Positions 63,391 to 64,000 of a stretch of DNA of 64,000 nt are shown here, in pieces (the first letter of the stretch is position 1; the number at the start of each line of letters is the position of its first letter). Below the pieces are notes generated by a model. It worked only from the letters and a program-made list of their open reading frames with translations. It ran no database searches and was not told where the DNA came from. A program made the translations under genes and the position numbers. This DNA comes from Clostridiaceae bacterium (GTDB lineage Bacteria > Bacillota > Clostridia > Acetivibrionales > DUMB01), in NCBI GenBank assembly GCA_012840085.1, contig DUMB01000094.1, positions 84,960-148,959 on the forward strand. The letters run 5' to 3'.

Positions 63391-64000
63391 CTACTTTGTC
63401 AAGCTCTGTATATATTCACTGGGAGATATTCCTTCAACTTTTTTAAAAACAGTGCAAAAGTAAGGCTGCGAGTTAAATCCGGTATCAAATGAGATTTCCT
63501 TGATGCTTTTATTCGTATTGCGCATAAGTTGTTTTGCCTTATCTATTCTGACTTTTGTAAGGTAGCTATTGAAAGTACTACCCATTTCTTTCTTGAACAG
63601 CCTGCTTAAATAATAAGGCGTAACACAAACTGAAGCAGCAACCTTTTCCAAAGTGATATCTTTGTCATAATTTTCATCAATATACTTTTTTGCATCACAT
63701 ACAATTGATGAATTGCGTGTTTTTGAAATTTTACAGACTTCTTCAATGGCATTTAAGCAATAATCAATAAACCATTTTTGCAAGGCGTACAAATTTACAA
63801 TGCTCGCCACCAATTCAATATTAAGCTTCGAAGAAATAAGTATGCTGTTTAAAGTATTGGTCTCAATATATCTATTTATAACTGAACATGTTTCAAACAA
63901 TTTTGATTTTGTATAAGTTATATTGCTTTCATTGTTAACAATAAAATTAAATATTTCATTAGCTAACTTCACGGTCTCATTTTTATCACGGATTAATATT
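63391..64000 (-). CDS. AraC-family HTH regulator, C-terminal part (probably a YesN-like response regulator); 5' end outside window
   Basis: C-terminal AraC HTH (LEKVAASVCVTPYYLSRLFKKEMG...GFNSQPYFCTVFKKVEGISPSEY). The reading frame is open to the window edge. Confidence 0.75.
   Translation of the reverse strand, partial: ILIRDKNETVKLANEIFNFIVNNESNITYTKSKLFETCSVINRYIETNTLNSILISSKLNIELVASIVNLYALQKWFIDYCLNAIEEVCKISKTRNSSIVCDAKKYIDENYDKDITLEKVAASVCVTPYYLSRLFKKEMGSTFNSYLTKVRIDKAKQLMRNTNKSIKEISFDTGFNSQPYFCTVFKKVEGISPSEYIQSLTK

Overview
This 64 kb window is low-GC (about 38% in hand-counted blocks) chromosome from a spore-forming, SLH-bearing Clostridia-type Firmicute. Nearly all genes are on the minus strand.

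Gene content, left to right:
- The 3' part of an NCS2 nucleobase permease.
- A glycan-utilisation locus: two ABC permeases, a YesM/YesN-type two-component system, a solute-binding lipoprotein, and a 1467-aa GH76-like / 3x CBM35-like / SLH surface enzyme.
- The conserved cluster ywmB-murA-spoIID-spoIIQ-like-spoIIID.
- A three-gene operon of SLH-anchored surface proteins (1674, about 1317 and 283 aa), the two large ones rich in FN3-like modules.
- A 3001-aa cyclic beta-1,2-glucan synthase-like gene (GT84 plus GH94).
- A lipoprotein serpin.
- A 1164-aa protein with about 10 FN3 modules plus SLH.
- tRNA-Arg(CCU), then a GtrA / GtrB / large polytopic (GtrC/YfhO-like) three-component glycosylation cluster.
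- tadA and tRNA-Ser(CGA).
- A block of about 6 kb that is clearly higher in GC.
- Membrane proteins of unknown function.
- A ribose-type sugar ABC transporter and a partial AraC-type regulator.

Observations most worth a second look:
1. The high-GC island beside tRNA-Ser. It carries a translationally coupled operon of an HTH protein, three Cys/His-rich CxxCG...HxW repeat proteins and an LRR lipoprotein. It has two apparent frameshifts and a degraded NlpC/P60 gene.
2. Dense arrays of a quasi-palindromic GRGAAC-N-GTYCYC motif at two intergenic loci. One locus is arranged as opposed inverted arrays next to the glycosylation cluster.
3. Several families of degenerate intergenic tandem repeats, including duplications that span stop codons.
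4. A heptad-repeat insertion in the glucan synthase tail, and an intrinsic terminator in its leader.

I found no CRISPR array, rRNA, integrase or transposase. All calls rest on reading the sequence and the ORF translations; no database searches were run.
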